A program made the translations under genes and the position numbers. A model generated the notes under the pieces. It was not told where the DNA came from and searched no databases. It saw only the letters and a program-made list of their open reading frames with translations. Of a stretch of DNA of 64,000 nt, positions 54,098 to 64,000 are shown piece by piece (the stretch's first letter is position 1; every line of letters starts with the position of its first letter). The stretch is from the NCBI GenBank assembly GCA_964474825.1, contig CAYYWQ010000001.1, positions 1,033,606-1,097,605 on the forward strand. The letters are read 5' to 3'. Source of the DNA: an uncultured Candidatus Saccharibacteria bacterium (GTDB taxonomy: Bacteria; Patescibacteriota; Doudnabacteria; UBA920).

Positions 54098-57000
54098 ATG
54101 TTAACTCAAACAGAAGATTTCAAAGGTGTCCGCATTAAACTGGCCAGCCCGGAAACCATTATGCAATGGTCTCACGGCGAAGTTACCAAGCCGGAAACCA
54201 TTAACTATAGAACACAGCGTCCGGAAAAAGACGGTCTTTTTGACGAGAAAATTTTTGGTCCTATTAAAGACTGGGAATGTTACTGTGGTAAATACAAGCG
54301 CATTCGCTACAAGGGGATTGTTTGCGACAAGTGTGGCGTAGAAGTTACAAAATCCAGTGTGCGCCGTGAACGCATGGGCCACATTAAACTGGCTGTGCCT
54401 GTTGGCCACATTTGGTTTTTGCGCGGCGTTCCTTCCCGCTTAGGGTTGGTGCTTGATTTAGGCGTGCAGGAATTGGAAAAAGTTGTTTATTTTGCTTCCT
54501 ATATTATTACAGAAGTAGATGAAGAATCCAGGCTGCAGACTTTGGAGCAGATTGAACGCGAATTTAAGGCTAAGAAAAAAGAAATAGAAGACAAGTTTGA
54601 AACTTTAATTGCCAAGACCAGAACCGCAGTCCAGCAAAAAGCCGGCAACAAAGACAAAGATTTGGTTGCCGCGGAAATTGATTCTGAAGTTACTAGACTC
54701 AAAGACGCCTGGAGCAAAGAACTGGAAGCTTTGGAAACCATTCGCGACCAAGCCCGCTCTGAACTTAAAGCCATTAGAAAAATGCAGGTTATTAGCGAAC
54801 TGCAATACCGCGACTTGTCTTTAAAATACGGACCGGTGTTTAGCGCTGGTATTGGCGCCGAAGCTTTAAAAGGACTTTTAGAACAAACTAATTTAGAACA
54901 GCTGGCTCAGGACTTGCAAACTAGTTTGCCGGAACTTGAAGGCCAGGCAGAACGCAAAGTTTTAAAGCGCCTTAAATTAATAAAATCTTTAATCAATGCA
55001 GGACTCCGCCCGGAATGGATGTTAATTACCATGCTGCCGGTTATTCCTCCGGATTTGCGCCCTATGGTGCAGTTGGACGGTGGCCGTTTTGCCGCATCTG
55101 ACTTAAACGATTTATATCGCCGCGTCATTAACCGTAACAACCGCTTAAAGAAACTTTTGGAAATTAAAGCTCCGGAAGTTATTACCAGAAACGAAAAAAG
55201 AATGCTCCAGGAAGCTGTGGACGCGCTTATCGACAACAGCATTCGCCACGGTAAAGAAGTAACGGCGTCAACTGGGCAAAAAAGAAAACTGCGTTCCTTG
55301 GCAGACATGCTTAAAGGTAAGCAGGGTCGTTTCCGTCAGAACCTTTTGGGTAAACGCGTAGACTATTCCGGACGTTCCGTAATTGTCGTAGGTCCTCACT
55401 TAAAATTACACCAGTGTGGTTTGCCGAAAATGATGGCCTTGGAATTATTCAAACCATTTGTTATTTCCAAATTAATTGCCCGCGAATACGCGCATAACGT
55501 AAGAAGCGCTAACCGCCTTATTGAACAGGCTCGCACTGAAGTTTACGACATCTTGGAAGAAGTTACCAAAGACCACTACGTATTACTTAACCGCGCTCCA
55601 ACCCTGCACCGCTTAGGTTTCCAGGCGTTCCAGCCGGTATTAATAGAAGGAAAAGCCATTCAGCTTCACCCCATGGTCTGTGCCGCTTTTAACGCTGACT
55701 TTGACGGTGACCAAATGGCCGTACACGTGCCCCTTACCGAACTTGCGCAAAAAGAAGCGCGCGAAATTATGGTCTCTGCCCATAACTTGCTTAAGCCTGC
55801 CAGTGGCGACCCGGTTATGACTCCTGACAAAGACGTAGTTGTAGGCTGTTACTATATTACCCGTATGCACCCAGGTGTTAAGGGCGAAGGAAAAATTTTC
55901 AGCAGCCCCGGCGAAGCCATAATGGCTTACAATAACAAGTATGTCCACATCCAGGCCAAAATTAAAGTTCGTTTGGAAAATGGCGAAATGGTGGAAACTT
56001 GTGTTGGCCGCTTAATTTTTAACAAAGTTGTACCTCCGGAACTAGGGTTCCGCAATGAAAATTTTGACAAAAAGAAACTCCAGGCTTTGGTCCGCGAAGC
56101 TCACCGCGCATTGGGCAACGAACGTACCGCGGAATTAATCGACGAAATTAAGCGCACGGGTTTTTACTACATGAAGCAGTCCGGTTTGTCCTGGGGTATG
56201 GATGACTTAATGGTTCCCCAAAGCAAGCACGCATTGTTCTTGGAAGCGGACAAAGAAGTAGACGCTACTTACCAGCAATACCGTGAAGGTCTTTTGACTG
56301 AAGAAGAACGCAAAAACCGCGTGGTGGAAATTTGGGCAGACATTTCTGAACAAATTGCCAAGAGTGTTACCGGCACAGTTACGGAATACGGTTCGGTTAA
56401 CTATTTCGTATCTTCCGGTGCTCGTGGTAGTTTTTCCCAAATTACCCAAATGTCCGGTATGAAAGGCTTGGTGGTAAACCCGGCCGGAGACGTTATTGAA
56501 CTTCCTGTTAAAGGCAGCTTTAAAGAAGGTCTGGCTGTGTTGGAATACTTTATTTCCACTCACGGTTCCCGAAAAGGTATGTCCGACACCGCTTTAAGAA
56601 CTGCCGATGCCGGTTACTTAACAAGACGTTTAGTAGACGTAGCCCAGGACATTGTTATTAACGCGGAAGACTGCGGTACGGAAGAATTTGATTACATTAC
56701 TTTGGAAGACAGCAAGAAAATGGGTAAACCATTTGACCGCCGTTTGTTCGGCCGCGTGTCCGCGGAAACAGCCAAAGACAAAGACGGTAATGTCCTAATA
56801 GAAAAAAACCAGGGCATAGACGACCAACAGGCAAAGGCTATTGTGGAAGCCGGCCTTACGGAATTAAAATGCCGCAGCGTGCTTAAGTGCAAACTGTCAC
56901 GCGGTATTTGCCGCTTGTGCTATGGTTACGACTTGGGTTTTAACGACATGGTCAAATCCGGAGCTGCCGTGGGAATTGTGGCCGCCCAGGCCATTGGTGA

Positions 57001-57994
57001 GCCTGGAACTCAGCTGACCATGAGAACTTTCCACACTGGTGGATCTGCTTCCGTAAAAGATATTACCCAGGGACTTCCCCGCGTAGAAGAATTATTTGAA
57101 GCCCGTGAACCTAAAGGTCAGGCCACGGTTTCCGAAGTGGACGGACAGGTTTATATTGCCAAGCCAAACAACAAAGAATATATAGTCAGAATCCAGGGAG
57201 CCGACGTTGCCAAAGACAGTTACGATTTAAGCGGCGCCAATTCCGTGCTTAAAGACGGCAGTAAAGTTGTTGCCGGAGAAACTTTATTCACAGACGGCAA
57301 AAATGAAAGCGTTAAAGCCAAGACCGCCGGCCACGTTAGGGTTGAAAAAAACAAGTTAATGGTCATTCACGAAAGTGATGACATTAAAGAATATGTTGTC
57401 CCGGCTTCTTATTCCCTTGCAGTTAAGGAAGGGGACTTGGTGACCAAAGGACAGCAGCTGACAGAAGGCAATTTAAACCCCAACCAAATTATGCAGCTCA
57501 GAGGTTTAGAAGCAGCCCAGCGTTACATTGTAAAAGAAGTCCAGGACATTTACGTTTCCCAAGGACAAAACATCCACGATAAACACATTGAAGTTATTGT
57601 CCGCCAAATGTTTAGCAAAATGCGCATGCAAGACGGCGGTGACAGCGAATTTGTGGTTACCGAAATTGTGGACAAAGCCAAGTTTAACTACATCAACGAA
57701 GAATTGGTTAAATCCGGCAAGCGTCCGGCCACTGCGGAACAGTTGCTTATGGGTATTACCAAAGTTTCCTTAAATACCGAAAGCTTCCTGGCCGCAGCGA
57801 GTTTCCAGGAAACCACCCGCGTGCTCATTGAAGCGGCGGTTACCGGCAAGACCGACTATTTGAGAGGTCTTAAAGAAAACGTTATTATTGGTAAGCTTAT
57901 TCCTGCAGGTACCGGTTTTACAGACCAAATTGCTAAAGAGAACTTAACTGTTCGGCACGAAGCAATTTTGTCCGCCGAACCTACAGCTGAATAG
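54098..57994 (+). CDS. rpoC: DNA-directed RNA polymerase subunit beta'
   Basis: It has the zinc-binding [23 protein letters not shown], the catalytic [12 protein letters not shown], and the bridge-helix and trigger-loop regions. Confidence 0.97.
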   Translation: MLTQTEDFKGVRIKLASPETIMQWSHGEVTKPETINYRTQRPEKDGLFDEKIFGPIKDWECYCGKYKRIRYKGIVCDKCGVEVTKSSVRRERMGHIKLAVPVGHIWFLRGVPSRLGLVLDLGVQELEKVVYFASYIITEVDEESRLQTLEQIEREFKAKKKEIEDKFETLIAKTRTAVQQKAGNKDKDLVAAEIDSEVTRLKDAWSKELEALETIRDQARSELKAIRKMQVISELQYRDLSLKYGPVFSAGIGAEALKGLLEQTNLEQLAQDLQTSLPELEGQAERKVLKRLKLIKSLINAGLRPEWMLITMLPVIPPDLRPMVQLDGGRFAASDLNDLYRRVINRNNRLKKLLEIKAPEVITRNEKRMLQEAVDALIDNSIRHGKEVTASTGQKRKLRSLADMLKGKQGRFRQNLLGKRVDYSGRSVIVVGPHLKLHQCGLPKMMALELFKPFVISKLIAREYAHNVRSANRLIEQARTEVYDILEEVTKDHYVLLNRAPTLHRLGFQAFQPVLIEGKAIQLHPMVCAAFNADFDGDQMAVHVPLTELAQKEAREIMVSAHNLLKPASGDPVMTPDKDVVVGCYYITRMHPGVKGEGKIFSSPGEAIMAYNNKYVHIQAKIKVRLENGEMVETCVGRLIFNKVVPPELGFRNENFDKKKLQALVREAHRALGNERTAELIDEIKRTGFYYMKQSGLSWGMDDLMVPQSKHALFLEADKEVDATYQQYREGLLTEEERKNRVVEIWADISEQIAKSVTGTVTEYGSVNYFVSSGARGSFSQITQMSGMKGLVVNPAGDVIELPVKGSFKEGLAVLEYFISTHGSRKGMSDTALRTADAGYLTRRLVDVAQDIVINAEDCGTEEFDYITLEDSKKMGKPFDRRLFGRVSAETAKDKDGNVLIEKNQGIDDQQAKAIVEAGLTELKCRSVLKCKLSRGICRLCYGYDLGFNDMVKSGAAVGIVAAQAIGEPGTQLTMRTFHTGGSASVKDITQGLPRVEELFEAREPKGQATVSEVDGQVYIAKPNNKEYIVRIQGADVAKDSYDLSGANSVLKDGSKVVAGETLFTDGKNESVKAKTAGHVRVEKNKLMVIHESDDIKEYVVPASYSLAVKEGDLVTKGQQLTEGNLNPNQIMQLRGLEAAQRYIVKEVQDIYVSQGQNIHDKHIEVIVRQMFSKMRMQDGGDSEFVVTEIVDKAKFNYINEELVKSGKRPATAEQLLMGITKVSLNTESFLAAASFQETTRVLIEAAVTGKTDYLRGLKENVIIGKLIPAGTGFTDQIAKENLTVRHEAILSAEPTAE

Positions 57995-58008
57995 CCTGTT
58001 TCAAAAAG

Positions 58009-58043
58009 AAAACTCCTCCCTTTGATAGGGGAGGAGTTTTTTG
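58009..58043 (+). terminator. Intrinsic terminator after rpoC (aactcctcccc-tttgata-ggggaggagtt + T-run)
   Basis: An 11-bp perfect stem followed by tttttt. Confidence 0.55.
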
Positions 58044-58105
58044 ATATACTATAAATAGATAAAAAGTATGACAACATCATACTTTTAAATATTAACAAAT
58101 ATCAA

Positions 58106-59305
58106 ATGCCCAAATTAGAAGTTTCCAAGCGAGCTCAGAATGTTATTGCTTCCCCAATCAGAAAATTTTTGCCATATATGCAGCAGGCGGAAAAAGACGG
58201 GGTCAAGGTTTATAAAATAAACGTGGGCGATCCGGACTTGGAAGCGCCGCCGCAGTTTTTTAAAACAGTAAAATCTTACGCGGCTAAAACTTTAGGCTAT
58301 GCCCCTTCCCCCGGAATAATTTCGCACATGAAGGCCTGGCAAAAATATTACCAGCAGTTTGGGGTTAAGGTGGAATTAAATAACATGCTGCCAACCGTTG
58401 GCTGCGCCGAAGCTATTATGCTTGCTCTTCAGGCAGTGGCAGACCATGGCGATGAAATAATTGTTTTTGAGCCTTTGTATGCTTCGTATAAATCTTTTTC
58501 TGTTATTGCCGGAATCAAGCTTGTGCCGGTATTGCTTCCTATAGAAAAAAACTTTGCTCTTCCGGACGAGAAAGAAATTACCAAGCACATTAGCAAAAAA
58601 ACCAAGGCCATTGTGGTAATTAACCCGGACAACCCCACAGGCAAACTGTGGAGTGAAAAAGAACTGGCGACAATTATCAAGATAGCCAAAAAGCATAATC
58701 TGTTCATTATAAGCGATGAGACTTACCGCGAAATCCGCTTTGACGGCAAAAAACCTTCCTGCCTTTTAACTAACGTTTCTGCCAGGCAAAATATAATTGT
58801 TTGCGACAGTGTTAGTAAAAGGTTTTCTATGCCAGGCGCTCGCTTAGGCTGCGTGGTTAGCTTTAACAAAGAAGTAATGAACTCTGTTCTTAAATTCGCT
58901 CAAGCGCGATTATCAGCAGGTACATTAGAGCAACTTGGTACAGTCCCATTACTTTCCAACTCCAAAGGCTATACCACAAAAATTACCAAAGAATACAAGC
59001 TTAGGCGCAATGTGGTAGCTGAGGGCTTAAGCAAAATGCCAACAGTATTTAAGCCGGCAATGGGAGCGTTTTATCAGGCTGTTGGTCTTCCTGTTAAAGA
59101 TGCGGAAGATTTCGTAAGGTTTATGATTGGCGAATTTCGCTACAACAACCAAACCGTAATGGTGACCCCAATGCAGGATTTCTACATAACTCCAGGCCGC
59201 GGCAAAAACCAAATCCGCATTGCTTATGTTCTAAACGTAACAGAACTTAAAAAGGCTATGGATGTGCTTAAGAGGGGGTTGGAAGCATTTTTGAAAACGA
59301 AATAG
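58106..59305 (+). CDS. Class I/II PLP-dependent aminotransferase (aspartate/aromatic aminotransferase-like)
   Basis: It has SDETYREIRFDG, the PLP-lysine block SVSKRFSMPGARLG (SxSKxxxxxGxRxG), and an N-terminal INVGDPDL. Confidence 0.8.
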   Translation: MPKLEVSKRAQNVIASPIRKFLPYMQQAEKDGVKVYKINVGDPDLEAPPQFFKTVKSYAAKTLGYAPSPGIISHMKAWQKYYQQFGVKVELNNMLPTVGCAEAIMLALQAVADHGDEIIVFEPLYASYKSFSVIAGIKLVPVLLPIEKNFALPDEKEITKHISKKTKAIVVINPDNPTGKLWSEKELATIIKIAKKHNLFIISDETYREIRFDGKKPSCLLTNVSARQNIIVCDSVSKRFSMPGARLGCVVSFNKEVMNSVLKFAQARLSAGTLEQLGTVPLLSNSKGYTTKITKEYKLRRNVVAEGLSKMPTVFKPAMGAFYQAVGLPVKDAEDFVRFMIGEFRYNNQTVMVTPMQDFYITPGRGKNQIRIAYVLNVTELKKAMDVLKRGLEAFLKTK

Positions 59306-59361
59306 CTGGTAGCTGGCTTGCCCTGAGCATGTCGAATGGGTAGTGAGTAGGCAGTAGCCAG

Positions 59362-59396
59362 AAAAAAACCACCCCGCCAGGCGGGGTGGTTTTTTA
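59362..59396. terminator. Bidirectional intrinsic terminator (accaccccgcc-ag-gcggggtggt flanked by A7/T5)
   Basis: A perfect GC-rich hairpin between convergent genes. Confidence 0.5.
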
Positions 59397-59951
59397 AGCA
59401 GTAGCGGAGAATGATTTTGGTTTCATAAGTTTTGAGTGTTCTTTTGCGGTGTCTTGGTAAGCGACTTCCATGATTTTTGCAACCAGTTGGATTATTTGTT
59501 TTACCCTTTGTACTTCCTCAAAGGTAAGTTTTAAATGTCCACCGTTTTTTCGGTTTTTTCCCTCACTGTCAAAATTGGTAATTTTTTCCAGCTCCTGGGC
59601 GTAAAGTTTCAATGTGGATTCGTCGTCTAAACTTAAAGGTAGTCGTTCTAGCTTTAGAGTATTCCCAATTTCCAGGATGACTCCATTAATCAATCCTACG
59701 CGACACATATAACGGTTGTAGTTTTTGTCGCCAACTTTTAAAATTTCTGCTGGGGTGTTGTAAATAAATCCGGGCTTGCTGCCATCTTTGTCATCTTCAT
59801 CTGATGCGCCTTTTTCTAATAAGCGGTTTTGGAAAAAAGCCAGCTTATTTAAAAATTCCGGATTAGAATATTCCCGGTCAAAACTACTTTCAGCATGAGA
59901 ATGGCCTAAACTTGTTTCTCCAAAACCTCGCTGGTGTATTTTGAATGTCAT
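59394..59951 (-). CDS. Hypothetical protein
   Basis: A 185-aa ORF with coding-like composition and no recognised motif. Confidence 0.4.
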   Translation of the reverse strand: MTFKIHQRGFGETSLGHSHAESSFDREYSNPEFLNKLAFFQNRLLEKGASDEDDKDGSKPGFIYNTPAEILKVGDKNYNRYMCRVGLINGVILEIGNTLKLERLPLSLDDESTLKLYAQELEKITNFDSEGKNRKNGGHLKLTFEEVQRVKQIIQLVAKIMEVAYQDTAKEHSKLMKPKSFSATA

Positions 59952-59969
59952 AAAAAACTTTTTTATTAA

Positions 59970-62129
59970 TTACCTAGGCCACTCGGCGACCATTAATAAA
60001 TCTGTTTTTGTCAGGCTTCTTTCTTTCAACAGTTGCCAAATGTGTTCGGTTACAAAGGGCATGTAGGGGTGGAGGAGTTTTAAGACCATTATGAGGTTGT
60101 GGAGCAGGACTTTTTGGGTGTTCTCCTTTAATTTCCCATCATTTAGCTGTCCTTTACTGGCCTCTAAATAAATATCTGCCAAGTCATGCCAAGTGAATTG
60201 GTAAATGTCCTGGGCGGCTTCGTGAAGGTGCAAGCCTTCCATGTTTTTAGTGGCAGATGATATAACGGCTTCAAGTTTGGAAATTATTTCTTTGTCGGCA
60301 TCTGTTATTGCTTCCCATTTGTTATCACTCTTTTCCACATTAGTCATAATAAACCTGGCAATGTTCCAGAGCTTGTTGGCAAAGTGCTTCATGCCTTTAA
60401 TTTTGTCTTCTGCCAAGGGGATGTCGTTGCCCGCTGCTGTAGAGAAGATCAGTGCAAAGCGCAGTGCGTCTGTACCGTAGGTGTCTATAACACCTAACGG
60501 GTCCACCACATTGCCTTTGCTTTTGGACATTTTTTGTTTGTCTTTGTCGCGGACCAAACCGTGCAAATAAACTTTTTCAAACGGCGGCTTGCCGGTTTTA
60601 TAGTAGGACATCATTACCATTCTGGCTACCCAAAAGAATAAAATGTCCCAGCCGGTTTCCATTACTTGCGTTGGAAAATAAGTTTTTAAGTCTTTTTCGT
60701 CATGCGCTAAAAGCGTTGCATAAGGCCACTGACCACTGCTAAACCAAGTGTCAAAAGTATCCGGGTCTTTTTCTAAGTTTGCAGATGAGCATTTTGGACA
60801 AGCTGTTATATTATTAGCCGTGTCAACAACCACTTCTTGGCAATCGGCGCAGTATTTTACGGGAATGGGAATACCCCACCAAATTTGCCGGGAAATGGGC
60901 CAGTCGCGGATGTTTTCCATCCAGTGCATAAAGATTTTTTCAAACTTTTCCGTAACAATTTCCACTTCTTTGTTTTGTACAGCCTTCACTGCCATGTCGC
61001 GCAAGCTGGGTCGACCATCTTTAAGCGGTTTAGTCATGGCAATATACCACTGCGGAATAACTTGAGGTTCAACAACCTGGCCGCATTTGTAGCAAACATT
61101 TACATTGTGTTTGTAGTTTTCGTCTATTTTTTCCACTAAGCCTTTGCCCTGTAGTTTTTCTACAATTTTTGCTCGGGCCTCTGTAATTTTCATGCCAGCG
61201 AATTCTTCGGCAATAGGCAAAAGTTTTCCGCGTTGGTCAATAACTTTAACAATGGGTATATTATGGCGCTGGGCAATTTCGTAGTCTACTGCGTCGTGCG
61301 CTGGGGTTATGGTCATAACGCCGCTGCCGAATTCCATGTCTACGGCTTCGTCTTTAATAACTGTGGCGGTTAGGGGACCGTTAATCCATTCCAGTTCAAT
61401 TTGGTCGCCGTGTTTGTATTGGCTGTAGCGTTTATCGGCCGGGTGCATAACCACGTGTTTGTCCCCAAATTTGGTTTCCGGCCTGCTGGTGCCAATGGTA
61501 AAGGGCCCGTATTTAAAGTAGTAAAACGGCTCAACTCGTTCTTCGTATTTGGTTTCCAAATCTGCCAATCCCGTTTGATGTTTAACGCACCAGTTACAAA
61601 TTCTGTTGCCGCGGTAAATAAGGTCATCTGCATACATTTTTTGGAATGTGTCGTAAACAATTTCCACAATCCGTGGGTCCAGCGTGAAAATGTTGCGGCT
61701 CCAGTCGCAAGAAGCTCCTAGGCGTTTAATACCTTGTTCACTAATGTGTTTGTTCTCCTGCACAAAATCCCAGGTGCGTTTGTAAAATTCTTCGCGCGTC
61801 ATTTTAAAGCGGCTAGTACCTTCTTTGTCCAGCTTTTTTTCAAACACCACTTGGGTCTCAAACCCGGCGTGGTCTGTGCCCGGCAGCCACAGCGCTCTTT
61901 TGCCGTTCATTCTGTTGTAGCGAATTAAAATGTCTTCTATTGTCATACCCAAAGCATGCCCAACGTGCAGGGGAGCATTGGCATTCGGCGGCGGCATTAT
62001 TATAGTGTAAGGCTTCCGGCTTTCCGCGTTCGGCAAATTGTCCGGATTAAAATACCCTGACTCTTCCCACTGCTTGTAAATTTTTTCTTCGACCTTGCTG
62101 TGGTCGTAGGCTTTTTCTAGTTCTTGCAT
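59970..62129 (-). CDS. valS: Valine--tRNA ligase (short form lacking the long C-terminal coiled coil)
   Basis: It has the HIGH motif PPPNANAPLHVGHAL, the KMSKS motif KMSKSKGN, and the editing-domain signature GTSRPETKFGD (class Ia ValS TxRPET). Confidence 0.85.
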   Translation of the reverse strand: MQELEKAYDHSKVEEKIYKQWEESGYFNPDNLPNAESRKPYTIIMPPPNANAPLHVGHALGMTIEDILIRYNRMNGKRALWLPGTDHAGFETQVVFEKKLDKEGTSRFKMTREEFYKRTWDFVQENKHISEQGIKRLGASCDWSRNIFTLDPRIVEIVYDTFQKMYADDLIYRGNRICNWCVKHQTGLADLETKYEERVEPFYYFKYGPFTIGTSRPETKFGDKHVVMHPADKRYSQYKHGDQIELEWINGPLTATVIKDEAVDMEFGSGVMTITPAHDAVDYEIAQRHNIPIVKVIDQRGKLLPIAEEFAGMKITEARAKIVEKLQGKGLVEKIDENYKHNVNVCYKCGQVVEPQVIPQWYIAMTKPLKDGRPSLRDMAVKAVQNKEVEIVTEKFEKIFMHWMENIRDWPISRQIWWGIPIPVKYCADCQEVVVDTANNITACPKCSSANLEKDPDTFDTWFSSGQWPYATLLAHDEKDLKTYFPTQVMETGWDILFFWVARMVMMSYYKTGKPPFEKVYLHGLVRDKDKQKMSKSKGNVVDPLGVIDTYGTDALRFALIFSTAAGNDIPLAEDKIKGMKHFANKLWNIARFIMTNVEKSDNKWEAITDADKEIISKLEAVISSATKNMEGLHLHEAAQDIYQFTWHDLADIYLEASKGQLNDGKLKENTQKVLLHNLIMVLKLLHPYMPFVTEHIWQLLKERSLTKTDLLMVAEWPR

Positions 62130-62130
62130 A

Positions 62131-62330
62131 AAGAGTAGTTAGTGCTTAGAGAATAGAGATTAGGATAAAACAAAACACCACAAAAGTGGTGTTCACAAGC
62201 CCTCGCGGGCGGTACCATCGTGAAATTAACTTAATTTAATCGGGTAACGGTTGAATGCCGGCCAAGTCTACTAATCGATACTTCGATTTTCTTTTGGCGC
62301 TATTCCGGTGACAGCCGGAACATAAGCTTG
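62131..62330 (-). promoter_or_regulatory. Candidate T-box leader / transcription attenuator upstream of valS
   Basis: The - strand leader contains ...AATTTCACGATGGTACCGCCCGCGAGGG..., which is similar to the T-box AAUUAGGGUGGNACCGCG, with UGGU able to pair with the tRNA-Val ACCA end. This is followed by the hairpin acaccac-tttt-gtggtgt + tttgtttt, which ends about 50 nt before the valS ATG. Confidence 0.35.
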
Positions 62331-62335
62331 CCTAT

Positions 62336-62364
62336 ATTATAAATGAACGCGAATAAAGTATCAA
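62336..62364 (-). promoter_or_regulatory. Sigma70 consensus-like promoter TTGATA-N17-TATAAT on the - strand, driving the valS leader
   Basis: On the - strand the -35 TTGATA is at 62359-62364, the spacer is 17 nt, and the -10 TATAAT is at 62336-62341. Confidence 0.5.
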
Positions 62365-62376
62365 GGGTGAAAAGGT

Positions 62377-62408
62377 GATGGCGGCAGAACTGGGAGTTCT
62401 GCCGCCAT
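62377..62408 (-). terminator. 14-bp perfect-stem hairpin (atggcggcagaact-ggg-agttctgccgccat); probable terminator of the small - strand gene upstream
   Basis: A perfect palindrome seen in the sequence. On the - strand it is followed by caccttttcacc. Confidence 0.4.
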
Positions 62409-62447
62409 GATAGCGGACTAGCGAATTTGGGGCTTTTGCGTTGTCTC

Positions 62448-62675
62448 TTAGGCAACGACTGCTTCGGCAATGGGGACGGCCCTTACGGCTACCCATTTCA
62501 GGCCTGGTATTGCTTCGGTCCAGGCAAGTAGGTCTTTGCCGAAATGCTCACTGCAAGTCCTTTTTACATCTTCCAGTGACAGGCTGGGCATGAGCGTTTC
62601 AGAGTTTGGCCCGGTACTGTAAGCTTGCCAAACGCCTTTCTCTAAATTGATCACGTAGAGTGTTTTCATTTGCAT
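62448..62675 (-). CDS. Small hypothetical protein
   Basis: A 75-aa ORF followed by the strong hairpin. I could not assign it to a family. Confidence 0.3.
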   Translation of the reverse strand: MQMKTLYVINLEKGVWQAYSTGPNSETLMPSLSLEDVKRTCSEHFGKDLLAWTEAIPGLKWVAVRAVPIAEAVVA

Positions 62676-62966
62676 CCTCCTAAATTGATTTAGACGATTT
62701 TACTTCCCAAAAATTGGATTCCTTTGCCCAATTTTTGAAAAACAAAAAACCGCTCTTAGCAGAGCGGTTTTGATATCTTAGAAAATCAAAAACCTCACTC
62801 TGCGAGAGCAGTAGAGCAAGAGGAGGAGAAGCTGATCATGAATTGCAGGGAGGACTTTATCATTTATTTGGAGAAAGAGTTAACGTTGAAATTCATATAG
62901 GTAATATAGTAAAAGGTAAAAATTGTGTCAAGCCGCAGGCCCTGAGCAAAGTCGAAGGGTGGATAT

Positions 62967-64000
62967 CTAAAGGCTTAAATTTGGATCAGCTTTTATGGTT
63001 TTATAGCTTTTGGGTTTGTAGCCGTTGTACAGCATAAAGGCCGCGGCTAGGCCTATCATTTCGGCGTTGTCCGTGCATAAATTCATGGGCGGAGCCATGA
63101 ATTTAACATTTAACCTTTGACATTTAACATTTAACTCATCGCGCAGTTTTTTGTTAGCGGCAACTCCGCCAGATAAAGATATAGACTTGGCTTCAAATTC
63201 TTTAACTGCCTTAAAAGTTTTGCTTACTAAAACGTCTACCGCCGCCTCTTGGAAAGCTTTGCATAAATCAGCGGGTTTGGTTTTTGGGAAATCGCGGGTG
63301 CGGTAAAGAACCGCGGTTTTGAGTCCTGAAAAAGAAAAGTTATAATCTTTGCTATTCATCATGGGTCGTGGCAGTTGAAAATCTGGTTCGCCTTTTTCTG
63401 CTAATTTAGAAACTTCTGGTCCGCCCGGATAGGGGAGTCCTAGTAATTTTGCGACTTTGTCAAAAGCTTCGCCAGCTGCGTCGTCTACAGTTTGTCCTAG
63501 GACTTTGTAGTTTTTTTCGTCTTTCATTAGTACCAACAAAGTATGGCCTCCTGATACTATGAGAGCAATTTGTGGAAAAATATCTTTAATCTTTAATCCT
63601 AAATCTTCAATCTTGCCCATAGGGGAATAAAGATGTCCCGCCATGTGATTGACTGGGATTATTGGCTTGCCCGAAGCGAGTGAAAGCGCTTTGGCAAATT
63701 CTACTCCAACAATTAGGGAGGGGATTAAGCCAGGTCCTGCGGTAACTGCAAAGTAGTCTATGGCTTGTAGTGAGTAGGGAGTAGCTTGTAGGGCTTTTTC
63801 CACAACGGGGCGGATCCATTTAACGTGGGCTCTGGCCGCGGCTTCAGGAACAACGCCGCCCATTTTGCTGTGGAGTTTTATTTGGGATTTTACTATGGAC
63901 GATAAGGTTTTTATTTGTGGCCATTTTCCATTATCTGTCACAGACAAAATAGCCGCGGCAGTTTCGTCACAGCTGGTTTCTATAGCTAAAATAGTTTTAG
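62967..64000 (-). CDS. tsaD: tRNA N6-adenosine threonylcarbamoyltransferase TsaD (Kae1/YgjD), with the 5' end running off the window
   Basis: It has IPVNHMAGHLYSP, GGVAANKKLRDEL and the metal-binding HxxxH region. Reading upstream of the track's TTG start gives ...LILAIETSCDETAAAIL, the canonical TsaD N-terminus, so the gene continues beyond 64000. Confidence 0.85.
   Translation of the reverse strand, partial: KTILAIETSCDETAAAILSVTDNGKWPQIKTLSSIVKSQIKLHSKMGGVVPEAAARAHVKWIRPVVEKALQATPYSLQAIDYFAVTAGPGLIPSLIVGVEFAKALSLASGKPIIPVNHMAGHLYSPMGKIEDLGLKIKDIFPQIALIVSGGHTLLVLMKDEKNYKVLGQTVDDAAGEAFDKVAKLLGLPYPGGPEVSKLAEKGEPDFQLPRPMMNSKDYNFSFSGLKTAVLYRTRDFPKTKPADLCKAFQEAAVDVLVSKTFKAVKEFEAKSISLSGGVAANKKLRDELNVKCQRLNVKFMAPPMNLCTDNAEMIGLAAAFMLYNGYKPKSYKTIKADPNLSL

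Noticed and set aside
1-64000. CRISPR array
   Set aside because: There are no regularly spaced 25-40-nt direct repeats with unique spacers. The tandem repeats seen are 7-9-mers or irregular TAGTAG runs.

Overview
The window looks like a small, AT-rich, gene-dense bacterial chromosome of the CPR/Patescibacteria-like kind (my inference from gene content and reduced gene sizes). It contains the replication-origin neighbourhood (rpmH-rnpA-yidD-yidC-jag on the - strand, dnaA-dnaN-recF-DUF721 on the + strand) and many housekeeping genes: ruvB, polA, uvrB, ruvA, femAB-like, Mur ligase, rpoB, rpoC, valS, rpsT, tsaB/tsaD/tsaE, a GspE/PilB ATPase, an ABC1 kinase and ABC transporters. Against this background there are several visibly G+C-richer patches, judged by eye and not computed: a coiled-coil gene at about 15.3-15.9 kb; a secreted-protein gene under a perfect consensus promoter at about 17.7-19.1 kb; an OMP-like beta-barrel gene at about 27.7-28.4 kb; and a large island at about 41.5-50.2 kb, wedged between a TrmB-like regulator and rpoB. 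The island's core is a translationally coupled five-gene operon (43241-46966) encoding an E2-like protein, a JAB/JAMM peptidase, a ThiF-type E1 and two beta-grasp proteins, one of which is a tandem beta-grasp protein with an internal KGNGG. This is a bacterial ubiquitin-like conjugation cassette of the E1-E2-JAB-multiubiquitin / Bil / Bub kind, very likely a horizontally acquired anti-phage module. It is preceded by about 1.7 kb of hairpin-dense non-coding DNA driven by a consensus promoter. It is followed by a cassette flanked by a duplicated hairpin-plus-promoter module, which encodes a protein with four tandem excisionase-type HTH repeats, and then by a roughly 92-bp GC-rich palindrome just upstream of rpoB. 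Other notable items: an unannotated rpmH; a DciA-like DUF721 gene after recF; a RhuM-Fic/Doc fusion; a candidate structured ncRNA between uvrB and ruvA; a candidate T-box leader in front of valS; and odd TAGTAG-type and in-frame 7-8-mer tandem repeats scattered through intergenic regions and conserved genes. No CRISPR array, integrase or tRNA gene was recognised.
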